IMG/VR virus record: IMGVR_UViG_3300045988_123958
Source of the DNA: a virus
Direction: 5' to 3' (one strand)
Length of the DNA: 64,000 nt
The notes beneath the pieces were generated by a model that ran no database searches, was not told the origin of the DNA, and saw only the letters and a list, made by a program, of their open reading frames with translations. A program made the position numbers and the translations under genes. Shown here piece after piece: positions 24,901 to 38,808 of this stretch. Each line of letters starts with the position of its first letter. The first letter of the stretch is position 1.

Positions 24901-27900
24901 TTGGCTGATAACGCACTAAATATTCAAGAAAGTTTATGTCAAGCAATGAGTATTATTGCTAATTCAAGTGTTGATAAAGTTAAGTTTGATAGTACCATTG
25001 AATGTACTATTATTGACGCAACTGATAAACTTATTGGTAAGTATAAGGTCAAAAATGAATCTTATGCGGAATTTTATGCTTATTCCCAAATAACCACTTA
25101 TAATAAAGGCGATAAAGTATATGTATAGATCCCAAAAGGAGACTATAATAGCACTAAATTTATTGTTGGTAAAAAGACAGATAAAAATGAAGATAAACCA
25201 TATAATTTTGTTAATCCTTTTAATACTTTTATTGATTTAACTGGCAATTTTTTTGTTGCCAAAGATAATAATAAAGAAGTTTGGAGTATCTTAGCCAATG
25301 GTAATGAAGAGGAAATTGAGATTACTCCAAGTGGCGGAATTACCTTTACTGATGAGCAATAGGGATTTACGCGGTTGGGGTTGCGTGCCGATTTTCGCGC
25401 CTGGCTTGAAACGCTCGGTGTAATAAGTGGTAATTATGGATTAAAATTAAATATATATGGTATTAAAGATGATACTGCGGACAATATTAAAAAAATAGAA
25501 AATAGTATTAAAAATAATGGAGAGATCCCTTTAATTGCATCTATTGATTTAGATACTAATGATATGTATGGCAATCCTTATAATTTTGAAGGATATTATT
25601 CTCAAGAAATTGTTATTGATACTAGCGCAGTAGCTAAAATATATAATATAAAAATATACCTTTATCAAAAAGGTAATTTTAAAGATAGCAATAATGATTT
25701 AATTAGCTATGCTAATGATTTTAATATGTCAGTCCCGCCTAATAATATTTTTGTAAAAGATATATATATGGGATTAGGTATTTCCGCGGATGAAATAGAA
25801 AATGAATATGTAAGATTATATTCATTAGATGGAAGTACTTACGTAATTGATGATAAAGGTTAGATTGATTCTAAAACTATTAGATTAAAATGGGTTCATT
25901 TTGATGAAGATGGCAATAGAACTCAAATAACCGAGTATAAAAAAGATGATACTTTTGAAGTTCGTTGGTATAGGTATGAATTTGGAGCACCGTCCGCGGA
26001 CGAATATTCTGGTGTCTATTGGACTGCGATTGAAGATAATAAAAATAATTTTTATTATTAGCTAAAACCGCGCTCTAATAAAAATCAAGAATAGATTAAA
26101 GTAATTATCTTATACAATGGAAAAGTTTATAGAAGTAATATAATTACTTTTAATAATGAAAAACAAGTCCCTAATGATGCGACTATTGATAGTTTAAATG
26201 CTTTGTCTATTCACTGTGAAGATTAGACTAATGGTAATTATTTAATTTATAATTAGGCTAATTATTTAATGAATAGATCAGATGGAAAAATTAGTCGTAA
26301 ATTAACTCTACATTTTGATTCTAAGACTTACGCTATTACTAATGGTATAATTGGTAAGAATCAAAATGGAGAAAGTAAATTAGTTGAAGCATAGAGAGTA
26401 ATTTGGTAGATTCCTATTAAAAATACTATGCTTAATTTTGGGATTAAAGATGATGGAACTGATGCTACTTATAAAGAAATTGTAATTGATTTAACTAATG
26501 AAAATGTTAATGTGTCTCCTGGAGAATTTTCTTTAGATTATACTATTAATACTTTTTATAGCGCCAATAAATCCAATAATACTGTAATTGCTAAAGTAGA
26601 AAAAGATGGTATTGTTTATACTGCTATTAAAGATTTCACTTTTGGATAGGCAGGAACTAATGGCACTGACTGTACTTTAGTAATTGATATGATAGCTCAT
26701 GAGAATTTAAATAATAAAGTATTTACTGCTATAAAGAGTGGGGTAAGAGATAATTATACTTTTAGAGCTTAGTTATATGATAATGAAGGCAAGGAAATTA
26801 CCAATTTTGAAAAATGTAATTGGACTTGGAGTTTTATGTCTGGATCAAATACTAATAATATTGAATTAGGAAATACTGAGAATTAGGACTGTATATTAAG
26901 AGTTAATACTACAAATTCTATAATGAATAATTTAATTATTTTATAGGTAAAGTTATCTGGTTGGGGAGATTACGATTTAACTGCTTATTATCCAGTTCCT
27001 ATTACAACTTTAAATAACGCTTATATAAATGGTCCAACAGAAGTAATTTATTTAAGTAATGGTGAACCTACATTTTCTAAAGAACCTTATAAATTATTTA
27101 TAGATGGCGAGGTAGATAAAACTGTAATTTGGAGTATTTATCCTACTGAATCTACCGATAAATTTATTGGGTAGATTAAATATAATGATAAGAAAAAAGA
27201 ATATAGATTAAGTCCTATGAATTTTTATGTTGATGGCGTAAGTGTTTATGGGGTTCAAGGAAAATAGGAAAGTAATGTAGTTTGGAGCCAACCTATCTTA
27301 GTTGTTTAGAATAAATATCCATCAGCAATGGTAAATAAATGGGATGGATAGTTAAATATAGATAGTGATAATAATTTTATCGGTGTTGCTTAGATCGCGG
27401 CCGGTAAAAAAGAAAATAATAATACATTTACTGGTGTCCTAATGGGGTCTTTTGGTGATAGTAATGTTGATAGTAGTCTTAGTAAAAACACTGGTGTTTA
27501 TGGATATTACCAAGGTAAATAGGTTTATGCTTTAAAAGATGATGGTACTGCGACATTTGGTAAATCTGGAAATGGTTAGATTGAAATTAAAGGTGATTCT
27601 GGAAAAATAAAATCCGCTGGTTATGATAGTGGTAATGGCCTTTTAATTGATTTAAAAGAAAGTCAAATAGATGGATAGAGTGGCGGAATTAGTGCTTTTC
27701 TCTTAAACAAATCTAGTCCGTATTTAACAATTAAAGATCCGGTTGAAAATAAAATTTTAATGAATGTTGGAAGCGATAATTATTATTTACAATCAAAAAA
27801 TTATACTTCTTCAACAGGAACTTACTTTAATTTAGCAACAGGAAGTATTACAACAAATAGCATTACTGTGAATAGTGGAACATTTAAAGATGACATTATT

Positions 27901-28350
27901 ATTAATTATACCGGTAATACGGGTAGTGGATGGACTTATGGTAGTCAAAGTTTAAATTATATTTTAAATAGAATTGGGACAGCAGCTTCTGAAGCTAGTC
28001 GATTAGCTGAAGAATCTATTACGTGGACTGCAGATATAGATAAGGCTCAAAAGAATGCAGAACATGCTATAAATGGTATTTCAAATACTCTTGATATGTT
28101 AAATTAGTTTTTTGAAATTGGAGCTTCTATAGACAAAAACACTGGATATGTTTCATATGGATCCCGTCCTTCATTTGTAAGTCCTAATGGAGGTTCAGTT
28201 TCAGTTGGTTATGGCGTAGAGCTTTTAGGAAATGAAATTAATATAGGATATTCGTATGGTAGTAGTACTGTAAATTTTCATGGTAGTACTATATATATAA
28301 CTGGAACTGTAACCTTAGAAGACTATATTAGACAAATTGCGAAAAGTTAA
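24901..28350 (+). CDS. distal-tail / baseplate structural protein (about 1,149 codons)
   Basis: Track ORFs 24901, 25375, 26428 and 27760 are all in the same frame and joined by TAG. First gene after the tape measure gene. Confidence 0.55.
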
Positions 28351-28373
28351 ATTAAAAAAGGAGAAAAAGGAAA

Positions 28374-28550
28374 ATGAAAGAACAAGATATTAATTTCTTA
28401 AAGGTTTTATATAATACTCTCTCTTTGGTAACAACCAAAGGAGAAGATACTATTCTTATGGGAGAGTGTTTAAAACAATTAAGAGATTTTACAAATAGAT
28501 TAGCAGATCTTCAAGAGGAGAAGAATAACGAAAATAATTAGGAGGGATAA
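28374..28550 (+). CDS. small hypothetical protein
   Basis: 58 codons with 1 TAG and a good RBS. Confidence 0.3.
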
Positions 28551-28551
28551 A

Positions 28552-31436
28552 ATGGTTAATAAATTATATCCACCTATTATATCTGGAACTTTGCCAGCAT
28601 TTGTTGGATAGGAAATTACTATTCCATTTCAAATGAACCGTGCAGTTAGTATGGCAGAAGTTTCAGGATTGTGTTATATAATTAAAACAGTATCAAGTAA
28701 TGTAGTAATTGCTTAGGGAACAACCGCGGATTTTACTCCAAGCAAAGTCCGCGGTTGCTTAGAACAAGGTTCTATTACCTTTAATATAAATCTTAAATCA
28801 ATTACTAATAATGGGAAACCTATCCAATATAAATTAAATCCAGGATAGTCTTATAAAATTCAATTAGCATATATTAATACTAATGGAATAATTGGATATT
28901 ATTCTACAGTTGGTATTGCTAAATGCACAACTAAGCCCGCAGTTTATATAAAAGGTTTTGAAGATAATTTAGTAGGAATAAATAAAACAAATTTTATTGG
29001 AGTATATAGTCAAAAAGAAAAAAATGATGATATTACTGAAAAAGTTTATTCATACAGATTTAAAGTGTATGATGAAAATGGTAATATTTTTGCTGATAGT
29101 GGAGAGCAATTACATAATTCAATTAATGACACGGAATTAAATGAAAGTTATGATAGTTTTGAATTAAATAAAGAATTACAAAAAAATAAAAATTATTTTA
29201 TTCAATATTCTATAACTACTATTAATAACTATGAAGCAGAGAGTGTTAGATACCAAATCATTAATAGAGAAACTATTAATCCAGAATTACAAGCAACCCT
29301 TTCCGCTACTATGGATGAAAATAATGGATATGTAAAAATTAATTTAAATGGAATCCGCGATAAAAAAACAGGGTTAGAAATTCCTGCTACTGGGGCTTTT
29401 GCTTTATTAAGAGCCAGTAGCGAAGATGATTTCAATACTTGGAATACAGTATTAAAATTTAAATTAGTTGGTGAAACTCCATCAAGAGAATTATATAGAG
29501 ATTTTACTGTCGAGCATGGGTTTAGTTATCAATATGCGGTTCAGCAATATAGCGACGAAACTGCGGTCCGCAGTAATAAAATCTTTTCTAATACTGTATA
29601 TAGCATTTTTGAAGATAGTTTTTTATATAATAATGGATAGTTATTAAAAATAAGATTTAATCCAAAAGTAAGCAATTTTAAAATTAATACCCTTGAAAGT
29701 AAAACTGATACTATTGGAAGCCAATATCCTTATATTTTTAGGAATGGAAATACTTATTATCACGAATTTCCTATAAGTGGTTTAATTTCTTACCTTATGG
29801 ATGAAGACCATTTATTTATAGGTAAATTAGGCGATGATGAAATTAAAGATTTTACATCAACTGATTTAACTAACTATAATATTAATATAGAACGTCAATT
29901 TAAAACTAAGGCTTTAGAATTTTTAACTGATGGAGAACCTAAATTATTTAAATCTCCAACAGAAGGAAACTTTATTGTGCGTTTGTTAAATGTAAGTTTA
30001 AGCCCTGAAGATAAATTAGGACGTATGCTTCATACATTTAGTGGAACTGCATATGAGATTGATAAAGTTAGTTTTGATAATCTTACTACTTATGGATTTA
30101 TTGACGCGGACCCGCCCGAGAGCGAAATTCTTAAATGGGATAGTATTTCTTTTGATGGATGGTATAAAATTAATGGGTATATTAATGATGTAAATACCTA
30201 TATTGATAATTTGAAAGATGAAAATCTGACTTAGGTAGAAATTAATAAATTACAAGCAAATAAACAAACTTGTTTAGATAATTTATTACAAACATTAAGT
30301 TTTTATCCTATGTTTGAATTACTTTATGACGGAGATCATTATAGTTTATAGACCAAAGATATTTTAGCTAATTCTCCTGCGATAACGATTCGATTTGAAG
30401 GTTTTGCTCCTGGAGATAAGTTCAGCATTGATGGAGAAGAAATTGTTATTGGTATTACAGGAGCTTATTTAATAGATCATGTTGCTCCAATCTATAGTGT
30501 TAAAGTAGTAGAATTATCTGACGTGGGCTTATAGCAAGGAACTATTGTGTATTCTTATTATGGTAAACAAGCAAGTAAGTTTGATACTATTAATGATATT
30601 CAAGTGGCGGATTTGCCTTTAGAGCAATATTATGGAACTGAAGGTAATATTTTAAATCTTTATAATGATGATTTTAAATACAAAGTAACATAGATTTATT
30701 TCTTGCGTTTTACTAAGCGTGATGTATAGAAATTATATACAAGTAATAAAGTTAATTTTTATACTACTCCCGGCGGAGCAATTAGTGAAGAAGAAGGAGA
30801 AAAAGATCATTCGGTAGAAATTAAACGTGTAGATTTTGATCCTACCTTAATTTATCATATCTATTTAGTAAGTCAAACTGAAGAACAAGATTACTATATT
30901 GATGGATATACTAAGAAAGAAATTTATGATTCTGGCGTATTAGTTAGTGAAAAGAATTGGGCTTGTAATATTAGAATAAATGAAGATGATAAACAAATTA
31001 TTGGTATTGATTAGAAGAATGAATATTAGGTTAAAGACTTAACTGATATTACTTCTATTGAAATCGATCCAGGTGTTTTATGCGAATTATCAGTTCAACG
31101 TCAAGAAGTAGTTTACTCTTTTGAAAATGATAATCAAACTACTTATAGAATTTTTAATGGTTAGAATTATACTACAACTACAATTTATCAATTAAAGCAA
31201 AATTGGTTAAGGGCTAAGAAGGCTTTAAAAGATTTTAAAGAATTAGAGCAAGATAAAAGCAATCCTGATTTTACTAAAGATGATCCATTTTATAATGTAA
31301 ATTAGAGTAATATTTAGACTTGTATAAAAAATTATAATAATAAAGTAGCAGAATTGCAAAAGATAGTTGATGAAACATATACTTTATTTATTGATACTTT
31401 AAGAAAGGCGGTAGAGGATTATGAAGACTCAAAGAC
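28552..31436 (+). CDS. tail/baseplate structural protein (about 960 codons)
   Basis: ATG at 28552 is in the same frame as track ORFs 29065..29640 and 29797..30234. Many TAG codons. Ends at a TGA that overlaps the next gene's start. Confidence 0.5.
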
Positions 31437-33727
31437 AATATGATACCGACTTTCTTAAAAAATTAGACGAATTTAAACATAAAGTAGTTTATGCTCGTAT
31501 TGAGCTATTAACATTTGATGAATTGCCAATAGAGAGTATAGAAGGCAAGATAACCGGCGGATCGATTAATATTGATGGAACATCTGCGGTCCGCAGGTCT
31601 TGTTCCCTTACTATGATGACTAATGAGAAATTATATAGACAATATTCTTGGGGTTTAAATTCTAAATTTAGTTTAGCTATTGGATTAGAAAATAAGATTG
31701 ATAGTAAATATCCAGATATTATTTGGTTTAATCAAGGTATTTATTTAATTACTTCTTTTAATACTTCTCAAAGTGCTAGCTCATATAGCATTTCTATTCA
31801 AGGTAAAGACAAAATGTGTTTATTAAATGGAGATTTGGGAGGAGATTTACCTGCTTCTATAGATTTTGGATAGGAAGAAGTAATTACTTATACTTATAAT
31901 AAACAAGATAATATAACCAAAGATAACTATATAAAAGGTAAATATTGCTATATTGTCAATAGTGAGGAAGAAGCTAAGAAACATAACGTTTATTATATTT
32001 CTACTTAGAATAAACAAACCACTTATTACGTTTTAGATGAAGAAGAATTTAGTAATAGAGAATACTATTTAAGAGAAAGTTATTTAAATTTAATTCAAAT
32101 TCCTATTTAGACTATTATTAAAAAACTTCTTACAGTTTATGGCAAAGAAAAAGAAAGTAATATAGTTATTAATGATTTAGATCAATATGGTTATGAATTA
32201 TTGGCTAATAAATGTGATGAAACTATGTATTTTTTTAAAGACGCGCAAACTAATAGAATAGTTAATGCTTCAATAGGGATATTGCCAGATTTATTAGATG
32301 TAAATAATAATAAAATAACTGATATGAGTAGTATTAAATTCGATAATTTAGATAGTAATAAATTATTAGATGACGCTTCTGAACCGACTAAAGTAAGACT
32401 GGTAAATAACGGAACTATTTATACTATTATAAGTCGAACAACTAATGAAACAGTTGGTTATCGTATTTGTGATTTAGTCTATGCAGGAGAACTTATTACA
32501 AGTGTTGGTGAAAATGTGGCTAGCGTGTTAGACAAAATTAAAAATATGTTAAGTTGTTTTGAATATTATTATGATATAGATGGTAGATTTATTTTTTAGC
32601 GAAAGAAATTTTATGAATACCAATCTTGGAATAATATAGTAAATAATTCTAATGGAGATAGTTATATTGAACCTGCGGTTTATTCTTCTTCTTCAATTTA
32701 TTCTTTTAGAGATGGATAGACGATTATTTCTTTTAATAATACTCCATAGATTGCTAATTTAAGAAATGATTTTTCTATTTGGGGATAGAGAGAAAGCGCC
32801 AGTGGGGCAGAAATTCCTATTCATTTAAGATATGCAATAGATCAAAAGCCTATCCAATATACCACAATTACTGTGAACGATAATGATATAAATAGGTATA
32901 AATCTACAATGTATAATAATGATATTTTTGATACTATGAATCCGCAATTAGAACAAAAGACTTATAAAAACAAATGGTATCAAAGCGAAAATGAACCGGG
33001 AGTTATTTATTGCGATTGGCGTGAAGTTTTATATCGTATGGCCGTAGATTATTATCAATATAATTATGCAGATGATTTTACTAGTAAAGTGGCAACCGCT
33101 AATCCTGATTTTTATCCTTCTGGAATAACTGGTTATGAAACTTATTATGTAGATTTATTTTCTTTTTGGAGAGATATCTATGATTATGATAAGTTAGATT
33201 TTAAAGAAGAAGTAAAGAATAATCCTGAGAATTTAAATTTTTGGTTTGATTTTATTGGGGAAGAAAATGCGGATATTGCTAAATATTCAGTCCAATTAAT
33301 CGGAGATAGAACAAAAGCAATTAATGATACTAATATAAAAGTTATATGTTATAGGGATACCCCTGATGTATTATTTATGACATAGACAGATTATGATTCT
33401 ATTATTTAGAATAACTATCCAGCAGAAAGCGGATATATTTGGATTAATATTCCTTCAGGATATGATAATTATTTTAAAATTAGTTCTAAAGGTAAGAGTG
33501 CAGTTGATGAAATTGAAGATTTACTTTACACGACCGCTTACTGCACGGAAAGTGTTTCAATTTCTACTATTCCAGTTTATTATTTAGAGCCTAATAATAG
33601 AATTTATATTGAAGATAAAAGAAGTGGCGTTGAAGGAGAATATTTAGTTAATAAAATAACTATTCCATTAACTTATAATGGTTCAATGTCTATTAGTGCC
33701 ACCAAAGCGATATCAAGAGTATATTAA
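31421..33727 (+). CDS. tail tip protein, Tal / prophage-tail N-terminal-like (about 768 codons)
   Basis: Track ORFs 31421, 32201 and 32873 share a frame and are joined by TAG. The N-terminus resembles tail-associated-lysin / gp27-like hub proteins. Confidence 0.45.
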
Positions 33728-33740
33728 GGAGGACCACTAA

Positions 33741-34085
33741 ATGGCAAGAAAGATAAGACAAATTCGTTATTATGGTGAAGGTCTTAATTCTAAGAACTAT
33801 CCAAGTGATGTTAATATGAGTAAATTAATTACAGGAACCGCATTTAAAAATAATAATCAAAATGTATTAATTACTCAATTAGGCATTTAGACTTTGCCAG
33901 GAACGAAATTTTATTTAAATGATAGCACTAATGCTATTATTGTTGGAAATACTGGTATTTATGAATTAGATTTAGAAGGTATTTCTACTATTAATTTGAT
34001 TAAATTTGATAGAAGCTCTATGAATTTGATTAATCAAAATCAAGAAGCATATCTTATTATAGATTATTTATTTGAGGAGGGTTGA
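33741..34085 (+). CDS. hypothetical baseplate protein
   Basis: ATG in the same frame as track ORF 33894..34085, with 1 TAG. About 114 codons. Confidence 0.4.
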
Positions 34086-36358
34086 TAATGGGTTTTTATG
34101 GTAATATAACTAATACTTCAAAAACAACCTTTACTTTTGATAAAATTTATAGCAATAGACTTCAAATGGATAATAGTTGTACGAGTGATGGTATATTTTT
34201 AGGACGCTATGTTTTAGTTGAATATGGCCTTCCTGCTACTCAATATTTAGTAGGATATCTTGATAATAAAATTATGTATGATGATCCTTCTGATAGAAGT
34301 GATTCTCATATTATTTTATGTGAGAATGGAAAATTAGTAAAAGTTAAAAGAAGCAACCAATGGTATTTATATGTGGGAAATGTAACCGCGAGCGGGACTA
34401 AAGAGTGGAAATATCTCACTAGAATTACTAATGATAGAGTCGATGATGAATAGTATAATTTAAATTATCAAATAGATTATCCTGTTTATGGTCGCGGCTA
34501 TGATTCTACAGTTTGGATAAAACAATACATCAATAATCAAGAGACTTATGTTTAGATTGCTGAATTAAATACTGTTGTTCCTAATTTTTCAATTTACCCA
34601 CTACTTCCTCAAGATCCCTATGTTGCGGTTGATAATGCTAGTATTGTATACCAACCAGGTAAGTATTATTATTATGATGAAACTGATAGTCATTATAAAT
34701 TAGATAATAATGATACTAAAACTGAGGGGCGCGTTTATTATTTAGAAAGTGAGCTTGGACCTGCGATAACCACAGATCAAAGTAGCACGAATTTACTTTA
34801 TAAATTAAGAGTTCCTACTAATTTCCAGCTTGATTTAGACGATAATAATATTTATTATAATAAAGAAGGATTTAGTAAAACAAAACGTTCTTACGATAAT
34901 ACTACAAAAAATAGTATTAATTATAAATTAAGTTAGTCAGGATATAGATTTTATTATAATGTAGAATAGGATAATGTTGTTGGTGAGCCGATCGAAGACG
35001 GCTACGACCGCAAATCTCTTGTTGTAAAGCTTCCTGCTCTTGGTAATGCAGTATGTGATACCTATGACTTGCTTTACGGTCAAAATCGCGATGATTCTAC
35101 TACTAATTTTGATAAAACTAATATTAAAGGTGCTTTGAATACCCTTAATAGAAAAATGAGTTTAGATAAATTAGATACTAATAAACTTATTTATTTTTCT
35201 ACTGAAACTGATAATGATATTAATGATAATTATATGAAATCTGCGACTATCGAAGGAGATAATTTGATTTCAGTAGATGCGAACATTGAGAAGAATAGCG
35301 GAGTTATTAAAATTACTCATAATAATTTAGATGTAAGTAAAGCATCAAAAAGCTATGGCAAAGATGTTGATTTTGGTACTTTTGGTTCTTCTATTACTTT
35401 ACCTAAATTATTTACTGATAGAGCGGGACATATTGTAAAAGAAGAAACATTTTCAGTTAGTATTCCAAAAGGCTCTTATACTAATACTAAAGAAGGTAAT
35501 GTTTTTACTTCTTTAAATTTTACTGATACTACTGGAGCTTTAAGTAGTGAGAAATCTTATTTAGGAACTTTAGCATTAGGCAAAGGGTATATTATTAACA
35601 ATAAATTAAATACTATTACTAAAGATACAACTCTTAATGATAGTATTAGTAAATTAATTGATAATAGTGATAGTAAATATAATACTCTATTAGGTCAATC
35701 TAACAATAGTTTTGGTAAAGATACTATCCCGACTCTTTATGGATTAAGATAGGGAATTAATGCTGATAGAGATAGTATTAGCAATTTAAGTGATAAAATT
35801 GATGTATTAAATGGAACTGTATCTACGACTAATTCTGTTGCTTATAGTATTAAATAGGCTATTGATAAATTAGATAAAACTGATAATAAAGTAGATAAAC
35901 AATTTGTTACGGCAGTAGAAGAAAAAGATGGTTTAATAACTGTTTCAAGAAGTGCTTTACAAGAAAGTGATTTACCTATTACTTTTGATGGAACTTATAG
36001 CAATAGTAATAAAGTAGCTACTATGAGTAGTTTAAATACTTTAAAAACTAATCTTTTAGGTGGCTATACTGGCACATTAGCTGATATAAATACTTTAGCA
36101 AGTGGCAAATTAAATGAAAGCGCAGTGCGTGGTCTTACATATAATGCGACTTCTGGAGATAATGGAGCTAAAACAGTAGTAGGAATGTTTGATTTAATTG
36201 TAGTTTTACAAACTAAAAACGCGGAATTGAATAAAACTATTAAAGCATTATAGGATAAAGATACAGAATTAAATGATTTAATTACTGGATTAAGAACTGA
36301 TGTTGATGCTTTAAAGAAAAATTCAAACAATACTGATACTCCATCTGAAACAACTTAA
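34082..36358 (+). CDS. tail fiber-like protein with C-terminal coiled coil (about 758 codons)
   Basis: Track ORFs 34082, 35069 and 36023 share a frame and are joined by TAG. Ends at TAA just before a terminator. Confidence 0.5.
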
Positions 36359-36366
36359 TTTAAATA

Positions 36367-36398
36367 AAGGGTTTGGTCTTAATAGGCCAAACCCTTTT
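36367..36398 (+). terminator. rho-independent terminator
   Basis: AAGGGTTTGG...CCAAACCCTT hairpin followed by TTTT. Confidence 0.65.
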
Positions 36399-36446
36399 AG
36401 TATTGATTAAAAAGATTTTATAAATAATAGAAAGGAGTCGATTATC

Positions 36447-37028
36447 TTGCCTAATACATTAAATAAATATGTAAAATTTGTTAGAGGTTCTAAAACTGCT
36501 TTTGAAAGTTTAGGAACCAAAAGAGACAATGATACTTTATATTTTATTTATGGGGAAAATGATTCTTCTGGAGAACTTTATTTAGGTAGTCGTTTAATTT
36601 GCGGTGGAATTAGTTCCGGGGGTAAGTTAAGCGATTTAAGTGATATTGTTCTCAATGAAGTTAAAACAAATCAAGTTTTAATTTATAATGAAGAACAAAA
36701 AAAATGGGTTAATTAGGGCTTAGAAAATAATGAAACTTTAATTAATTCTATTGTTGAAAAATTATCTACGGAAGAAAATTTAGCTAAGTTAGCTCCTGTT
36801 TTTAAGGGTACAGTTCCAGGCTTAGTTCCAGTTTCTTTGCATGAAACTAAAGGAAAACATATTCTTACTGATGCTGGTACATGGATTGATATGCCAGTAG
36901 GAACATTAACTTAGGGAGATATTGAAACAATTAATATAGCTAATAAATATTTAGTAGATAAGGGTCCTGATAATTTGGTAACTCGTGTTGAAGCGGTTGA
37001 ACAAACTGTTTCTTGGGCTGATATTTAA
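36447..37028 (+). CDS. fiber N-terminal anchor-domain protein (short paralog)
   Basis: Track ORF 36447..36716 extends through 2 TAG to 193 codons. Its N-terminus is paralogous to those of the genes at 37043, 38809 and 49240. Confidence 0.5.
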
Positions 37029-37042
37029 AGGAGTGAAAAAAA

Positions 37043-38689
37043 TTGAACGTTAAGTTTTTAAAAGGCTCTCAAGCCGAATTTGAAAAGGTGGCAGGTAGAT
37101 ATAAACCTGGTGCGTTTTATTTAGTAATTAATGATAATAAGTCCGCAAAAGACTATAAAAAACCAAGCCGTCTTTATTATGGTGTAGATGAAAATAATTG
37201 CGTTCCTGTAAATCAAGGTATTAATGTAGTTGATACTATCGCAGGTTTACCTCAAAGTTTTAGTCAAAATACTGCTGGCGAATTTTATTATGTAAAAGAT
37301 AAAAATATCTTATGTATTAATAATGGTAAAGGTTGGATTCAAACTAACACTGATACTGTTTTAGATACTAGTAAAAAAAATAGTAATGTATCAGTAAATA
37401 GTAATCCTGAAAAACCTAATGGAGTTTCTATAACTAATACTATTGCTGATAGTAGTGGTAATATTATTACTGAGACTTATGATATTATTGGTAGCGATTA
37501 TATTCAAGTGGAAGCAATTCCTGCTGTTGATGATAAAGGTGTAGACACTGTTAAACTGAGTTTAAAAGGAATTAATTATCAATTAAGCTCTTCTTTAAGT
37601 GATAAAACTTTAAATGTTAATTTAAAAAATGCTGATACTGATGCGGGTAATTTTAATATTATCGCTGGCAGTAATGTTAATATTGCTGAAAACCCCGCTG
37701 GTAGTTATACTTTAAGTGTTGATAAAGCAGTTAATGATATCAACGTAATTAACCACGCTAATGGTACTGGTTTTACTGCTTCTATTAGCGGTCCTGGTGT
37801 TGAAGGAGCTGGTAATAGTACAACTTTATCTGCTGATATTGATCCAGAAATTGCTTTAGAAGGCAAGGATGGCAGTTATAAATTTAAAGATGGTGTTTTA
37901 ACTCTTCCTGTTTATAGTAAACAAGATATTGATAATCAGCTTAGAACTATTAACGCTATGATATTCCGTGGCGGATTCTAGGTTAAAGATGGAGCCATTA
38001 TTTATGATAGCGCTGATATTACTGAAATTGCTGAAGGTAATACCTTTATTTATACTGGCGCTGAAGACACTCTTTGGAACGGTCATTACTTACGTCCTGG
38101 AGATTTAATTATCGCTTCTGGCAAAGAAGTTGATGGTGTTATTACTGGTACTATTAGTTGGACTTATGTTCCTTCTGCTGATGATCCTGTTACTGAGGTC
38201 GAAGGAGCTGATGATAACAGTAATGCTGGATTTATTATTAAGCTTGGTCCTACTAAAGAACTTTTAAATTATGTCCTTAAAGGTGAAGAAGGTATTGAGT
38301 TAGAAGTAAAGGCTCAAACTGGTTCAGTAGTGAAAGAAATTACTATTAAACACAGTAATACTTTAACTGTGAATACTCCAGTCTCTCAAAATTATGCCGA
38401 TGAGTAGACTATTGTTATTAATGAACCAACTGAAATTGATGCTCAAGGCCATGTAATTAAATCTACTAAAAAAACATTTACTGTAAAGAATACTCACCAA
38501 GAAATTGCCAACGCAGATTATACAGTAAATGGTACTGATACTTTAATTCCTAATCTTAAAGTTGCTGGTGCTGATCTTGAAGGTAAACCACTTGTTTTCA
38601 CTAGTAATAGCTTAAAAGTTAATGTTTCTGCGGCAACTAAGACTGATGATGCTAAAGTTAATTTTGAGTTAGAGTGGGGAACATTCTAA
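37043..38689 (+). CDS. tail fiber protein (about 548 codons)
   Basis: TTG start; track ORF 37043..37981 extends through TAG. Shares the N-terminal anchor domain with the other fiber genes. Confidence 0.55.
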
Positions 38690-38750
38690 GGGCAATACTA
38701 TTTAATAATAAATATAATTTTTTCTATTTTATATAGAAGAATGTTTTTAT

Positions 38751-38788
38751 GGGGAAAGATGAAATATTCTTTCCCCATATTTTTTTTT
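38751..38788 (+). terminator. rho-independent terminator
   Basis: GGGGAAAG...CTTTCCCC hairpin followed by a T9 run. Confidence 0.7.
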
Positions 38789-38808
38789 AGGATAGAAAGG
38801 AGTAAATT